Source: Geopsychrobacteraceae bacterium
GTDB lineage: Bacteria > Desulfobacterota > Desulfuromonadia > Desulfuromonadales > Geopsychrobacteraceae
Length of the DNA: 64,000 nt
Assembly (NCBI GenBank): GCA_963676795.2
Contig: CAXXTB010000002.1
Span: forward strand, 1,664,001-1,728,000
Direction: 5' to 3'
Part shown: positions 20,215 through 30,243 of the stretch, piece after piece
Numbering within the stretch: position 1 is the first letter of the stretch
How the letters are laid out: the number at the start of each line of letters is the position of its first letter
Translations under genes and position numbers: made by a program
The notes under the pieces: generated by a model
Seen by the model: the letters and a program-made list of their open reading frames with translations, nothing else
What the model was told of the DNA's origin: nothing
The model's database searches: none

Positions 20215-21060
20215 CTAGCTGTTTTTCAGACGCAGCATAGCCTGATCCAGATGCTTGAAGTAGACTTCAAGAACCACATCGTTCCAGCCTAAAGGCTTCA
20301 TACATTCACTCTTGGGTGCGGAAATGATGTTTTTCCAGCTGTCCTCTTCTTCCCCCATGACATCATTCATGACATGGTCGCCGGCAACGATCATCAGAGG
20401 CACAAAGCGAACCGAACCCTGCTTGGCACTCATAGCCGCAGCTTTCTGTAAAGAATCAGTTCCCGGCTGCCCTTCAACACTGGCAACAACGAGATTTGAA
20501 TACTTGCTTTCAATAATTTCGGCAAAACGGACGAGCTGACGATTAAACTCTGGATGGTGATCATTACCATGAGCAATCATGACAGTCGGTTGCTGCTCAT
20601 CAATCTGAGGACCCAGGGCGGTTACGACTTCGTCGATATCGCCATCAGTCGTCAGCAACGCATCACCGAATTCGACCTTGAGGCCGCTCATGTCGACCTT
20701 GGTGACATCGGTATATTCCTGACCAGGGACAACATGGAGGCTCTGGAACACAACCTCTTTGACCCCGCGTTGACGTAAGGAACTGACAACCTCTTCAACG
20801 TTGCGGGTAACAACGCCTTCTTTTTTCAACTTGTCGATAATGATCTGCGAGGTAAAAGCCCACTCAATATCGTAACCCGGATAGCGCTCTTTTGCCTGCT
20901 GATCGATATGATCAAAGACCTTGCGGGCCTCATCGACCGATGTACCGAAAGCGACCAGAACAATCGTCGGCTTGCTCACCGGAGTTGATGCAGCTGCACT
21001 AAAAGCTGTTGCCAAAGACAAGAGTGTCAGCATCATGATTAACTTCATTCCCTTTCTCAA
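20215..21060 (-). CDS. cbiK: CbiK cobaltochelatase family with signal peptide
   Basis: LVAFGTS, AFTS, HGNDHH, VEGQP, PLMIVAGDHVMND; Sec-type leader; AAGGAGG before the TTG start. Confidence 0.9.
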   Translation of the reverse strand: MRKGMKLIMMLTLLSLATAFSAAASTPVSKPTIVLVAFGTSVDEARKVFDHIDQQAKERYPGYDIEWAFTSQIIIDKLKKEGVVTRNVEEVVSSLRQRGVKEVVFQSLHVVPGQEYTDVTKVDMSGLKVEFGDALLTTDGDIDEVVTALGPQIDEQQPTVMIAHGNDHHPEFNRQLVRFAEIIESKYSNLVVASVEGQPGTDSLQKAAAMSAKQGSVRFVPLMIVAGDHVMNDVMGEEEDSWKNIISAPKSECMKPLGWNDVVLEVYFKHLDQAMLRLKNS

Positions 21061-21092
21061 CTCTTCCTCCTTAAACCATTAATATATAGTTA

Positions 21093-21779
21093 CTATCCCT
21101 GCACGTTTGCCAGCTCGCAAATTGCATGGAGAGCAGCTACGGCAAGCGGGCTGCCACCACGGCGGCCACGTAAAACAACATATGGAAGCCCGGTCATTTC
21201 GAGCTCTTCCTTGCTTTCCACAACATGAACAAAGCCGACCGGCATGCCGATAACCAGAGCCGGACGAATGTTGTCCTCCAGAGCCATTCTGTTCAGCTCA
21301 AGCAGAGCAACAGGCGCATTGCCGATCAACACGATACCGCCATCAAGACGCTCCCTGGCTTTGCGGACGGCAAAGTAAGAACGGGGCAAGCCACTCTGCT
21401 TCGCCTGTTCTGCAACATCTTCATCAGCCACATGACAGAAGATCGAGTCACGACTGTAGCTTGGATTCAATTTCTGCAGGCGCGCCGTTGACAGACCGGA
21501 ACGGATCATATTGCTGTCGGCGAAGATCGGCATGCCTTTTTTCAGAGCGGCGATACCGCTGCTGATCGCATCGTCGCTGAAGGCGATCAGGTCGCTCATG
21601 GCAAAATCGGCACTGGTATGAATCAAGCGTCTGACAACCTGCCATTGATCGGCACTGTGACCATGAGGTCCGGCTTCACTGTCAATCTGGGCAAATGATT
21701 TGGTTTCAATCTCAGGCCCGCTGATCGGATTTTCGAGCAGCTGGTGTATCAATGCTTTATGGTTTTCCTCTTTCATCAA
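21093..21779 (-). CDS. cbiC: Cobalt-precorrin-8 methylmutase
   Basis: RRLIHTSADF, IGNAPVAL, GMPVGFV, GRRGGS. Confidence 0.95.
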   Translation of the reverse strand: MMKEENHKALIHQLLENPISGPEIETKSFAQIDSEAGPHGHSADQWQVVRRLIHTSADFAMSDLIAFSDDAISSGIAALKKGMPIFADSNMIRSGLSTARLQKLNPSYSRDSIFCHVADEDVAEQAKQSGLPRSYFAVRKARERLDGGIVLIGNAPVALLELNRMALEDNIRPALVIGMPVGFVHVVESKEELEMTGLPYVVLRGRRGGSPLAVAALHAICELANVQG

Positions 21780-23182
21780 AACTCCCCTGTTATTTGGTTC
21801 ATTGATTTCATCATAGCGACGAAGCGATCAAGTGCGCATGGCTGCGAAGCCAGATGCAGATGTGCATAGCTGGCCAGCACCGATCCCTTCTGATAGCCTT
21901 CAGCGAAAACTTCGCCCGTGCGGTTCTGCTTGAGTTGATAAACCGCCATCCAGCCATCTCTGCCCACCGGATCGCTCGTCAGTTCAGAATAGTGAAATTC
22001 ATGCCCGCGAAAAGCGCTTCCGGAACAACCGAACAACGAATCGGACGTCAGTGTCGCAGTGACATAGCCCAGAGCCTTACGCTTGTCGAGCATGCGGGTC
22101 GCAACCGGGAGATGGCCAACCAGCGGAACCAATTCTCCGTCGTTTTCCAGTCCGCGGCTCAGATAGATCAAACCACCACATTCCGCATAGACCGGACGGC
22201 CACTCTGACAAAAGACCTGAACAGCCCGTAGCATAGAACTGTTCGCTGACAACGCCTGAGCGTAAACCTCCGGGTAACCGCCGCCGAAGTAGACGCCGTC
22301 CAGGTCGTCCGGCAGCCGGTCGTCATGCAGGGGTGAAAAAAACTGAAGATGACAACCGCGGACTTCTAGAGCCGGGAACAGGTCAGGATAATAAAACTGA
22401 AAAGCTTCATCCCAGGCGACACCGAGTCGCACCCCGGTGCCGCTATCCGCAGTGAATACGGATCTGGTTTCCCGGGAATCATGCGCTTCTCTCCCTTGCT
22501 GTTTCAGCAGCAAATCGATCTCAATATGCTGTTCAGCGACATCTGCAAGCTGATCGATCATCTGTTCGCTGAGGATCTGCTCGACCGCGGAGACCAGTCC
22601 CAAATGACGGCTCTGCAACTGTGGAAAGGCATCACGCGGAATCGTCCCCAGTAATGTTGGCTGGCCACTGGTTTCAAGTGCTTCGCGCAGCAGTTCGGCA
22701 TGCCGCGTTGAACCACAGCGGTTAGCCAGCACTCCGGCCAAACGCACCGCCGGATCGAAACCGTTATAGCCCTGAACCAGGGCGGCCAGACTGCGGGCCA
22801 TGCCATGGCTATTGACCACCAGCAGAACCGGGATATCTAGCAATGCAGCAACTTCGGCGCTGCTGCCGGAAAGACTTGACGCGCTACTGCCGTCAAAGAG
22901 TCCCATGACGCCCTCGACCAAGGCAAAATCACAATCCGCTGTCGCATCGGCGAAGAGCTGACGCAGATAGCCGGGATCACAGATCCAACTGTCAAGGTTG
23001 TAGCATGGCCGATCTGAAACCCTGGTCAGATGACCGGGATCAAGGTAATCGGGACCGACCTTGAAGGTCTGGACCTTGAGTCCGCGTCGCCGCAGCGCTG
23101 CAACCAAGGCCAGGCTGATCGTTGATTTGCCGACCCCGCTCTGGGTGCCGGCAATCAGGATGCAGGGAACCTGTCCAGCCAT
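21776..23182 (-). CDS. cbiA: Cobyrinate a,c-diamide synthase
   Basis: SGVGKST, FKVGPDYLDP, EGVMGLFDG, YAECGG, GHEFHYS. Confidence 0.96.
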   Translation of the reverse strand: MAGQVPCILIAGTQSGVGKSTISLALVAALRRRGLKVQTFKVGPDYLDPGHLTRVSDRPCYNLDSWICDPGYLRQLFADATADCDFALVEGVMGLFDGSSASSLSGSSAEVAALLDIPVLLVVNSHGMARSLAALVQGYNGFDPAVRLAGVLANRCGSTRHAELLREALETSGQPTLLGTIPRDAFPQLQSRHLGLVSAVEQILSEQMIDQLADVAEQHIEIDLLLKQQGREAHDSRETRSVFTADSGTGVRLGVAWDEAFQFYYPDLFPALEVRGCHLQFFSPLHDDRLPDDLDGVYFGGGYPEVYAQALSANSSMLRAVQVFCQSGRPVYAECGGLIYLSRGLENDGELVPLVGHLPVATRMLDKRKALGYVTATLTSDSLFGCSGSAFRGHEFHYSELTSDPVGRDGWMAVYQLKQNRTGEVFAEGYQKGSVLASYAHLHLASQPCALDRFVAMMKSMNQITGEF

Positions 23183-23703
23183 CAGTATTCGACCCCTTCG
23201 CGCGCAGGTATGCCATTTTGCAGCGCGTGCTTGTGGGGAACCATTTCTGTCACAGTGTCGGCCATTGCGATCAGCCGTTCACTGGCATGACGGCCGGTCA
23301 GAACAATATTCAGATCGTCACGCGACTGCTTGACTGCAGCGATAACCTCCTCCTCATCCAGCAGACCGGCGGCAATTGTCCCGCAGATTTCATCCAGAAT
23401 CAGCAGATCGCAATCCCCCGTCGCCATCTCCTGGCTGGCAAGATCCAATCCTTGCTGAGCAGCAGCCTGGTGGTCCGGGTAAGCGGAATGATCTGGCTTG
23501 GGCACAAAGCCAAGTCCAAGCTGCCTGATCTCAATACCGAGCTTATCTCCCAGGGTTACGACTTCACCGGTACCCGAATCCGCTTTCATGAATTGCAGGA
23601 CTCTGACCTTTTGCCCGTGACCAAAAGCGCGAATTGCCATGCCGAAAGCCGCTGTTGACTTGCCCTTGCCCTTGCCGGTGAAGATGAGGATATTTTTTGC
23701 CAT
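23182..23703 (-). CDS. cobO: Corrinoid adenosyltransferase (CobO/BtuR type)
   Basis: TGKGKGKSTAAFG, LDE, VLTGR, ADTVTEM, GVEY. Confidence 0.95.
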   Translation of the reverse strand: MAKNILIFTGKGKGKSTAAFGMAIRAFGHGQKVRVLQFMKADSGTGEVVTLGDKLGIEIRQLGLGFVPKPDHSAYPDHQAAAQQGLDLASQEMATGDCDLLILDEICGTIAAGLLDEEEVIAAVKQSRDDLNIVLTGRHASERLIAMADTVTEMVPHKHALQNGIPAREGVEY

Positions 23704-23718
23704 AGCTTGAAGAACCCC

Positions 23719-24660
23719 TTAGAGCAGCCAGCGAATAACCAGTCCGCAAACTGCAACAAGTAAAGTCGTCATGACCATCAGACGAATCGTCAGTTGAATA
23801 TGCGATCTATTCAGCGGTTTTGTGCCATCCCCCATATAGGGACGGAATGACTTCTTACCAAAGTAACTGTTTTCTCCGCCGAGCCTGATCCCGAGCGCAC
23901 CGGCCATAGCCGCTTCGATCTGACCGCCGTTGGGGCTCGGATGATTGTGTCGATCACGGCGAAAGATTCTCCAGCTGCCCCGCCAGTCCAGATGACAGAG
24001 CAGCGCGGCCGGAACCACCAGCAGAGCCGAGATCCTGGCAGGAATAAAGTTGACCAGATCGTCAAAACGGGCTGCCGCCCAGCCGAACTCGAGATAACGT
24101 TCGTTCTTGTAGCCAAAATTCGAATCGAGTGTATTGACCGCTTTGTAGAAGAATGCCCCCGGCACACCGGCAATCAGGGCAAAGATCAATGGCGCGGTCA
24201 CACCGTCGACGGTGTTTTCAGCAACACTCTCTACCGCAGCACGAGTGACCTCAACTTCGTCAAGCTGATCGGTATCTCGGCCGACCAGCCAGCTGACCTT
24301 CTGGCGTGCCTCGACCAGGTCTCCTCGCTGCAGCGGCCGGAACACGGCCAGAGCATGCTTTCTGAGACTCTGCATGGCAAAGCAGCTGTAAAGCAGTGCG
24401 ATACTGACCAGATCCCCCAGCAGGGGATTGATCCGGGTCGCGACAGTCTGAACAGCAAGTACACAAACAACACTGGCCACAACAACCAGCACAACCGCTG
24501 CAATACCCGCCTGGCGCAGCGGCAAACGACTTTTCAGTGGCTCCTCAAGGCGTTGTGCCAACCAGCCAAGAGCACAGACCGGGTGGGGAAGCCAGCGTGG
24601 ATCTCCAAGCAGCAGATCAAGGAGCAGAGCCAGAATGATTTGCAGCGACAATGGAATCAT
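23719..24660 (-). CDS. cbiB: Adenosylcobinamide-phosphate synthase
   Basis: GDPRWLPHPV, VGRDT, ESVAEN, YKAVNTLDS, HPSPNGG. Confidence 0.95.
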   Translation of the reverse strand: MIPLSLQIILALLLDLLLGDPRWLPHPVCALGWLAQRLEEPLKSRLPLRQAGIAAVVLVVVASVVCVLAVQTVATRINPLLGDLVSIALLYSCFAMQSLRKHALAVFRPLQRGDLVEARQKVSWLVGRDTDQLDEVEVTRAAVESVAENTVDGVTAPLIFALIAGVPGAFFYKAVNTLDSNFGYKNERYLEFGWAAARFDDLVNFIPARISALLVVPAALLCHLDWRGSWRIFRRDRHNHPSPNGGQIEAAMAGALGIRLGGENSYFGKKSFRPYMGDGTKPLNRSHIQLTIRLMVMTTLLVAVCGLVIRWLL

Positions 24661-27227
24661 AGATTCAGGAGCCGGTAGATTCGATCCATGTCGATGTGAC
24701 TGCGGACATGATCGGCCAACCTGTCGAGAGCCGGTTCCAGATCGTACACCGCCCTGACCTCTTTGATCGGCTGCCAGCCACGTCGTTCACGCAGGCGATC
24801 AAGGAACCATCTCCTGAACCCGTCAGCGTCGAAAACACCATGCAGATAGGTTCCCCAGATCCTCTCATTCTGACCATTGGCATGTCCCAGCACCACGCCG
24901 TCCTGACGTTCTACCAGCGGAGTTACAGCATTTCCCATGCTCACCCCATGGTGAATTTCATACCCGCGCAACTCCTGTCCGGAGAGCAGATGGCGTGCCA
25001 GGCAGCTGGTCGTCGTTTTCTGTGGCGCCAGTTCTGTCTCCAGGTCAAGCAGGCCAAGGCCCGGGCAGTCAAGTCCGGTCGATTCAATACCATGGGGATC
25101 GTGAATTCTCCTGCCCAACAGCTGGTAGCCCCCACAGACCCCGACGATCTCTATCGCTTGAAAAGCGGCCAGACGCTGAATCGCCACCGCCAGCCCGGTT
25201 TCATTCAGATAGGCAAGATCATTGATAACATTCTTGCTGCCCGGCAGAATGATGGCATCGGGGGTCCCTAGCTCAGCAACCGTAGTCACCTTGCGCAGAT
25301 GAACATCATCTTCAATTCGTAAGGCATCAAAGTCAGTGAAGTTGGATATATGCGGCAGGTCGATCAGGGCGATGTCAAGAACCTCGCCTGCCGGCCTTGC
25401 CGTTTCGAGACGGCCATCCTTGTAGTCGACGGAATCCTCTTCCGGTAAGCCCAGCTTGGTCAGGTAGGGAATGACACCGAAGAACGGCTTGCCGCTGTGA
25501 GCCGTCGTTTTGACCAGAGCCTCATCAAGAAGCGTGGCATCACCGCGGAAACGGTTGATGACGAAACCGGCGACCAGTTTGCGTTCCCATTCGCTGAGCA
25601 GTTCCATCGAACCGACAAATGAGGCAAACACGCCGCCGCGATCGATATCCCCGACCAGAAGAACCTTGGCGTCGGCGTAACGCGCCATGTTCATATTGAC
25701 GATATCGCGCTTTTTCAGGTTGATTTCAGCAGGGCTGCCGGCCCCTTCAAGAACCATGACCTGATGTTCAGAGGAAAGGCTGTCGTAACAATTCTTGACC
25801 TCGGCAAAGATCTGTTCACGACGTAGCGCATAGTCACGAAAATCCATGGTCTCGTAAACTTTTCCCTGGAGAATGACCTGGGAACCTGTCGCACTACTCG
25901 GCTTGAGGAGCACCGGATTCATCCGGACGTCAGGGTCGAGACGACTGGCCTGAGCCTGCAGAACCTGGGCACGCCCCATTTCTCCGCCAGCAAAGGTGAC
26001 ACAGGAGTTGAGCGACATGTTCTGAGCCTTGAAAGGCGCAACACTGACCCCGTCCTGTTGCAGAATCCGGCACAAAGCCGCAGTCAGAATACTTTTCCCT
26101 GCGTTCGATCCGGTGCCCTGAAACATCAGAGCCGGCTTTTTACGCACAATGCCATCAGGTTTCGGCAAACCAAAGAGCTGCTCGAAGGCCTGACACAACC
26201 GTTCATTCTCGACTTCTGTACGAACCGCAATTCGGATAAAACTGTCATCAAGCCCCTCAAAATTGCAGCAGCGCCTGATCATGATGCCCCGGTTAAGCAT
26301 CTGCTGTGACAAAGACTCTCCTGTCAGGCCCGCTTTCTCCAGTTTCAAAAGCAGAAAATTTGCTTCACCGGGAAAAACTTTCAAACCGGCAATTGTGCTC
26401 AAACGCTGCATCAGTTGCTGGCGCAGCCTGGCAACCTCCGTTCTCGTCTGGACGAGAAAATCGCTATCCTCCATCGCTTTGATGCCAACAGCCTGAGACA
26501 GAGAATTAACGGTCCAGGGCGACAAAAAAGGTCTAAGAGCTTCTATTACCTGAGGTTCAGCAATCGCATAACCGAGACGCAGGCCGGGAATCCCCCAGGA
26601 TTTGGTCATCGACTGGACGATAACAAGGTTCTTCGGCATCTTCTCACGCAAAGACAAATCAACCCACTGACAGAAATCGATAAAGGATTCATCAAGAACA
26701 AACCACACGTCAGTATGGCTGCTGATGAGCTCAAGAAGTGACTCAGGTGCCGTAACTTTCCCGGTCGGGTTGTTTGGCTGGCCAATAATGACCAGATCCC
26801 CAGCCTCAAGAACTGAATCAAGCCTGGCAAGATCAAGCGCAAACCCTGTTTCTTCGGATGACGGCAGCGGAACAATGTCCAGGCCTGCAAGTTCTGCAGC
26901 TTGCTGATAATCGACGTAGCTGGGAACCGGAATTACAGCGCGGCGGCAATCAAGCACAGCTGGCAACAGATTCAGAAGTTCGCTTGCACCATTGCCTGCA
27001 ATAATCTTGTCTACAGGGAGTCCGTTCGCCCTGGCAATGGCCCGAACCAGGCTTGTGGCACCCGGCTCAGGGTAATGATAGATCATCTCGATCTGGGAAC
27101 TGATCAGCGGACGTAACCACTCAGGAAAACCAAGAGGATTAATATTGGCAGAGAAATCGAGAAGCTCACCAACCTGGCAGCCAGCCTGCTGCGCTGCCGA
27201 TAAGAGATTCCCACCGTGTCGTTCCAT
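24657..27227 (-). CDS. cobQ: Fused L-threonine-O-3-phosphate decarboxylase (CobD) and cobyric acid synthase (CbiP/CobQ)
   Basis: N-terminal HGGN/DFSANINP/SMTKSWGIPGLRLGY PLP domain; C-terminal QGTGSNAGKS, PFKAQNMS, EGAGSPAE, GTYLHG. Confidence 0.93.
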   Translation of the reverse strand: MERHGGNLLSAAQQAGCQVGELLDFSANINPLGFPEWLRPLISSQIEMIYHYPEPGATSLVRAIARANGLPVDKIIAGNGASELLNLLPAVLDCRRAVIPVPSYVDYQQAAELAGLDIVPLPSSEETGFALDLARLDSVLEAGDLVIIGQPNNPTGKVTAPESLLELISSHTDVWFVLDESFIDFCQWVDLSLREKMPKNLVIVQSMTKSWGIPGLRLGYAIAEPQVIEALRPFLSPWTVNSLSQAVGIKAMEDSDFLVQTRTEVARLRQQLMQRLSTIAGLKVFPGEANFLLLKLEKAGLTGESLSQQMLNRGIMIRRCCNFEGLDDSFIRIAVRTEVENERLCQAFEQLFGLPKPDGIVRKKPALMFQGTGSNAGKSILTAALCRILQQDGVSVAPFKAQNMSLNSCVTFAGGEMGRAQVLQAQASRLDPDVRMNPVLLKPSSATGSQVILQGKVYETMDFRDYALRREQIFAEVKNCYDSLSSEHQVMVLEGAGSPAEINLKKRDIVNMNMARYADAKVLLVGDIDRGGVFASFVGSMELLSEWERKLVAGFVINRFRGDATLLDEALVKTTAHSGKPFFGVIPYLTKLGLPEEDSVDYKDGRLETARPAGEVLDIALIDLPHISNFTDFDALRIEDDVHLRKVTTVAELGTPDAIILPGSKNVINDLAYLNETGLAVAIQRLAAFQAIEIVGVCGGYQLLGRRIHDPHGIESTGLDCPGLGLLDLETELAPQKTTTSCLARHLLSGQELRGYEIHHGVSMGNAVTPLVERQDGVVLGHANGQNERIWGTYLHGVFDADGFRRWFLDRLRERRGWQPIKEVRAVYDLEPALDRLADHVRSHIDMDRIYRLLNL

Positions 27228-28000
27228 TACATACCCCCCAGGTGTTTCAGCATAATGACGAGGATCGCTGGAACAAGTTCAACAATTTCAGTTGTTGCTC
27301 CAAGAATATCTCCCGTATACCCACCGATTTTACGCAGATAATAACGTCCCAGCAGGAAAGAAACTGCAAGCACGGCAATGATTGTGATGACTCCCGTACC
27401 CAGACCGAACAGCAGCAGCGATAAAACGATCAACGCAAGCCAGGCGACAGTCATCCGTGAGGGGTCATTCTTGTCCTGGGCAAAAGCCCCGGTTCCGCCT
27501 TCGACCCTGCTATAGGTCAGACGCGCGCTGATAAAGGCGACAGCGCAACGGCCACAGACAGGCATCATGATCAGCGCCTGAAAACGAAGTGCACCTGGTA
27601 GCGAAATCAGCAAAACATATTTACCGAGCAGCAGCAGGACCAGGCTGATAACGCCCATCGGACCGGAACTGCTGTCTTTCATGATTTCAAGCATGCGCGC
27701 CCGGTCACGACCGCTGAAAAAAGCATCAGCGCTGTCTGCAAGTCCGTCGAGATGCAAGGCCCCAGTCAGAGCGACGATAAACACCAGGGTGAAAAAAGAC
27801 GCGACAGAAACCGGCAGGACAAAACGCAGCAAATAATCGCAGCATGCAGCCAGTATCCCCAGGACCAGTCCTGCAACGGGATACCAGTTCGCACTCTTCT
27901 TGAAGCTGTCAATATCACCACACCAACTCTCAGGCACAGGCAGGATGGTCAGAAAGCGCAAAGCGGAGAATATTGGCTGAAAACTGCGGATCATCGGCAT
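27227..28000 (-). CDS. cobS: Cobalamin-5'-phosphate synthase
   Basis: FLTILP, TGALHLDGLADSAD, MKDS, GGYTGDILGA. Confidence 0.95.
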   Translation of the reverse strand: MPMIRSFQPIFSALRFLTILPVPESWCGDIDSFKKSANWYPVAGLVLGILAACCDYLLRFVLPVSVASFFTLVFIVALTGALHLDGLADSADAFFSGRDRARMLEIMKDSSSGPMGVISLVLLLLGKYVLLISLPGALRFQALIMMPVCGRCAVAFISARLTYSRVEGGTGAFAQDKNDPSRMTVAWLALIVLSLLLFGLGTGVITIIAVLAVSFLLGRYYLRKIGGYTGDILGATTEIVELVPAILVIMLKHLGGM

Positions 28001-28006
28001 CCCTAC

Positions 28007-29062
28007 CTAAGCTTTAGATACAGCAGCTTCTTCAAAAGTTGCCATTTCTGTCAGTATGGCAACGGCACCCTCGACAAGGTTCATGGCAACCGCAGCCCCC
28101 GTCCCCTCTCCAAGGCGGAAATTGAGGTCGAGCAAGGGTTCCTTGCCAAGCGCCTGAAGTGCTGCGGCCTGCCCTTTTTCAACGCTGCGATGAGCACTGA
28201 ACATGTACTGACAGGCGGTCGGACAGATTTTTCCGGCGATCAACGCACCAGCAGTCGAGATAAAGCCATCAACAATAACCGGTTTCTTCTTCAGAGCGGC
28301 GCCAAGAATCAATCCGGCGATACCGGCAATCTCAAAGCCGCCGACCTTGGCCAGCACATCGATCGGATCGTTCGGGTCCGAATTATTCAGCTTGATGCCC
28401 TTTTCAATGACCTGGATTTTATGTTTCATCTGCTCATCATCCAGACCGGTTCCACGACCAACGGCATCAGCCACCGAAATGTTACAGAGCGTGGAAACGA
28501 TGGCGCTGCTTGGAGAGGTATTTCCGATTCCCAGCTCGCCGGTACCAAAAACGTCGGTGGCATCGGCCAGTTCAAGGGCAACTTCTATTCCGGCTTCGAG
28601 GGCCTGTATGGCCTGCTCACGGGTCATCGCCGGACCTTCAGCAAAATTGTTCGTTCCCCGGGCCACTTTGCGATCAACGATGGCAGCGGCTGTCTTTTCA
28701 TCAAGATCACCGGCGATCCCCATATCAACAAGAACAACCTCGGCACCGGCCTGACGGGCCAGCACGCTGACACCGGCAACACCGGCGATAAAACCCTGAG
28801 CCATCTGAACGGTGACTTCCTGAGGAAACAGACTGACTCCGCTTTTAGCAATACCGTGATCTCCCGCCATGGCGACAATCTTCTTGCGGGCAACCGGTGG
28901 CTTCATCGAGCCGGTCATGCCGGCCAGATCGAGTGCCATATCCATGAGCCTGCCAAGTGCCCAATGCGGCATAATCAACTGGTCAAGACGAGCCTTGGCC
29001 TGACTACGAGCCTCTTCATTTTGCGGTAAGATTTGTTCAACTGTCTTTTGAAGTAACGACAT
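28007..29062 (-). CDS. cobT: Nicotinate-nucleotide-dimethylbenzimidazole phosphoribosyltransferase
   Basis: AGDHG, GELGIGNT, GGFEIA, DGFIS, RLGEGTGA. Confidence 0.96.
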   Translation of the reverse strand: MSLLQKTVEQILPQNEEARSQAKARLDQLIMPHWALGRLMDMALDLAGMTGSMKPPVARKKIVAMAGDHGIAKSGVSLFPQEVTVQMAQGFIAGVAGVSVLARQAGAEVVLVDMGIAGDLDEKTAAAIVDRKVARGTNNFAEGPAMTREQAIQALEAGIEVALELADATDVFGTGELGIGNTSPSSAIVSTLCNISVADAVGRGTGLDDEQMKHKIQVIEKGIKLNNSDPNDPIDVLAKVGGFEIAGIAGLILGAALKKKPVIVDGFISTAGALIAGKICPTACQYMFSAHRSVEKGQAAALQALGKEPLLDLNFRLGEGTGAAVAMNLVEGAVAILTEMATFEEAAVSKA

Positions 29063-29093
29063 ACAACCCCTTGCTTTCTCGTTGTTTAAAACT

Positions 29094-29621
29094 CTATTTC
29101 AGCTTGAGCGGCAGGCCGGAAACAACGAAGATGGCTTCATCTGCAGCACGAGCAAACTTCTGATTACAACGTCCTATCAAATCACGGTAACGGCGTGCCA
29201 GTGCGCTTTCCGGAACAAGTCCCATCCCGACTTCATTGCTGACCAGAATGATCTTGCCGCTATGCTTACGACACTCAGCTATTACCTTGTCACACTCCTC
29301 AGCCACCCCTGTTTCCGTCAGTTCAGAGCCCTGCTGCTCCGCCCGATACTGGAGATTATTCACCCACAGTGTGAGACAATCGATCAGAACAACATCAAAG
29401 TCACAAACCGTACTGACAGCATGGGCAAGATCATAAGGTTCCTCAACTGTTGACCAGTTTGCGCCTTTACGATCCTGCTGATGCTTCAGGATCCTCTGAT
29501 CCATTTCTCCATCTATACGTGGACAGGTCGCCACATAAACCCTGGAGCCCTCGCTTGATTCCGCCAGTTCCTGGGCAAAGGAACTTTTACCACTGCGACA
29601 ACCACCACTGACATAAATCAT
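29094..29621 (-). CDS. cobU: Adenosylcobinamide kinase/guanylyltransferase
   Basis: GGCRSGKS, DCLTLW, SNEVGMG. ATG at 29621 with GGAGG. Confidence 0.95.
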   Translation of the reverse strand: MIYVSGGCRSGKSSFAQELAESSEGSRVYVATCPRIDGEMDQRILKHQQDRKGANWSTVEEPYDLAHAVSTVCDFDVVLIDCLTLWVNNLQYRAEQQGSELTETGVAEECDKVIAECRKHSGKIILVSNEVGMGLVPESALARRYRDLIGRCNQKFARAADEAIFVVSGLPLKLK

Positions 29622-29656
29622 CAAGTCCTCCGGAAGGCGCAATCAAAGACACCTAA

Positions 29657-29693
29657 AATAAAAAAATCCTGCGCCCTTAGAGGCGACAGGATT
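29657..29693 (-). terminator. Leader terminator of the cob operon
   Basis: Minus strand AATCCTGTCGCC-TCTAA-GGGCGCAGGATT then T run, between riboswitch and cobU. Confidence 0.7.
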
Positions 29694-29771
29694 CCGTTTT
29701 TAACCCAGCTGCTCTTATGTCTGAATGTGACCTTAATCTCGATCCGCGAAGTATCGATCACAATGAATTGA

Positions 29772-29856
29772 ACGGTGAGTGTCTGACTTCCAGTGACCTG
29801 GTTACAGTGGCGGGACCGTGGCGGATTCTCACCGCCTTCCTCACACAGCCAATCGC
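29772..29856 (-). ncRNA. Short (class II-like) cobalamin riboswitch
   Basis: Minus strand GAGGAA GGCGG-TGAGAAT-CCGCC ACGGTCCCGCCACTGTAA CCAG-GTCA-CTGG AAGTCAGA; peripheral extension absent. Confidence 0.85.
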
Positions 29857-29942
29857 TAAAGCTTATGGTATGCTGTTAAAACTGGCAACACCTGAATGAA
29901 ATTAAGCAAACTTTAGATCAAAAGTAAATAGAAAATTTACTA

Positions 29943-29971
29943 TAGACATCTATAAGACTTTTAGATATTGT
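29943..29971 (+). promoter_or_regulatory. Sigma70-like promoter with operator copy
   Basis: TAGACA-17bp-TATTGT; AGACATCTATAAGACT at 29944-29959 (13/16 to consensus). Confidence 0.6.
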
Positions 29972-30005
29972 TTCTCCGTTTGAAAAAGTGTAGCTTAACG
30001 AAGCC

Positions 30006-30125
30006 GTACAGTTCCGTCTGGATTCAAAGGGAACCTTGTGAAAGTCAAGGGCGGACCCACCACTGTAGCTGAAGATAAGCAATAGATCCGGTATCTTATC
30101 TTCAGAAGCCAGGAACCTGCTGTAC
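30006..30125 (+). ncRNA. Cobalamin riboswitch, reduced form
   Basis: GTACAG/CTGTAC closing stem; AGGGAA CCTTG-TGAAAGT-CAAGG, CCCACCACTGTA, AGCCAGGAACCTGC. Confidence 0.85.
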
Positions 30126-30243
30126 TGCTTAACTTTCTCTCGCAGGGGATTTATGCAGCGAAAGCTAGGTTCAGAAAACTCCGAAATACGACATTCTGCA
30201 ACCTACCATACGAGCCTGACCCTGCCTTTATTAAGGCGAAGAA

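Noticed and set aside
24657..27227. CobD-CobQ fusion as a novelty
   Set aside because: Fusions among late cob enzymes are common; recorded as a feature only.
27752..29029. 425-aa plus-strand ORF and many other antisense or overlapping ORFs in the track
   Set aside because: Shadows of well-supported genes (here cobT/cobS), with no recognisable motifs.
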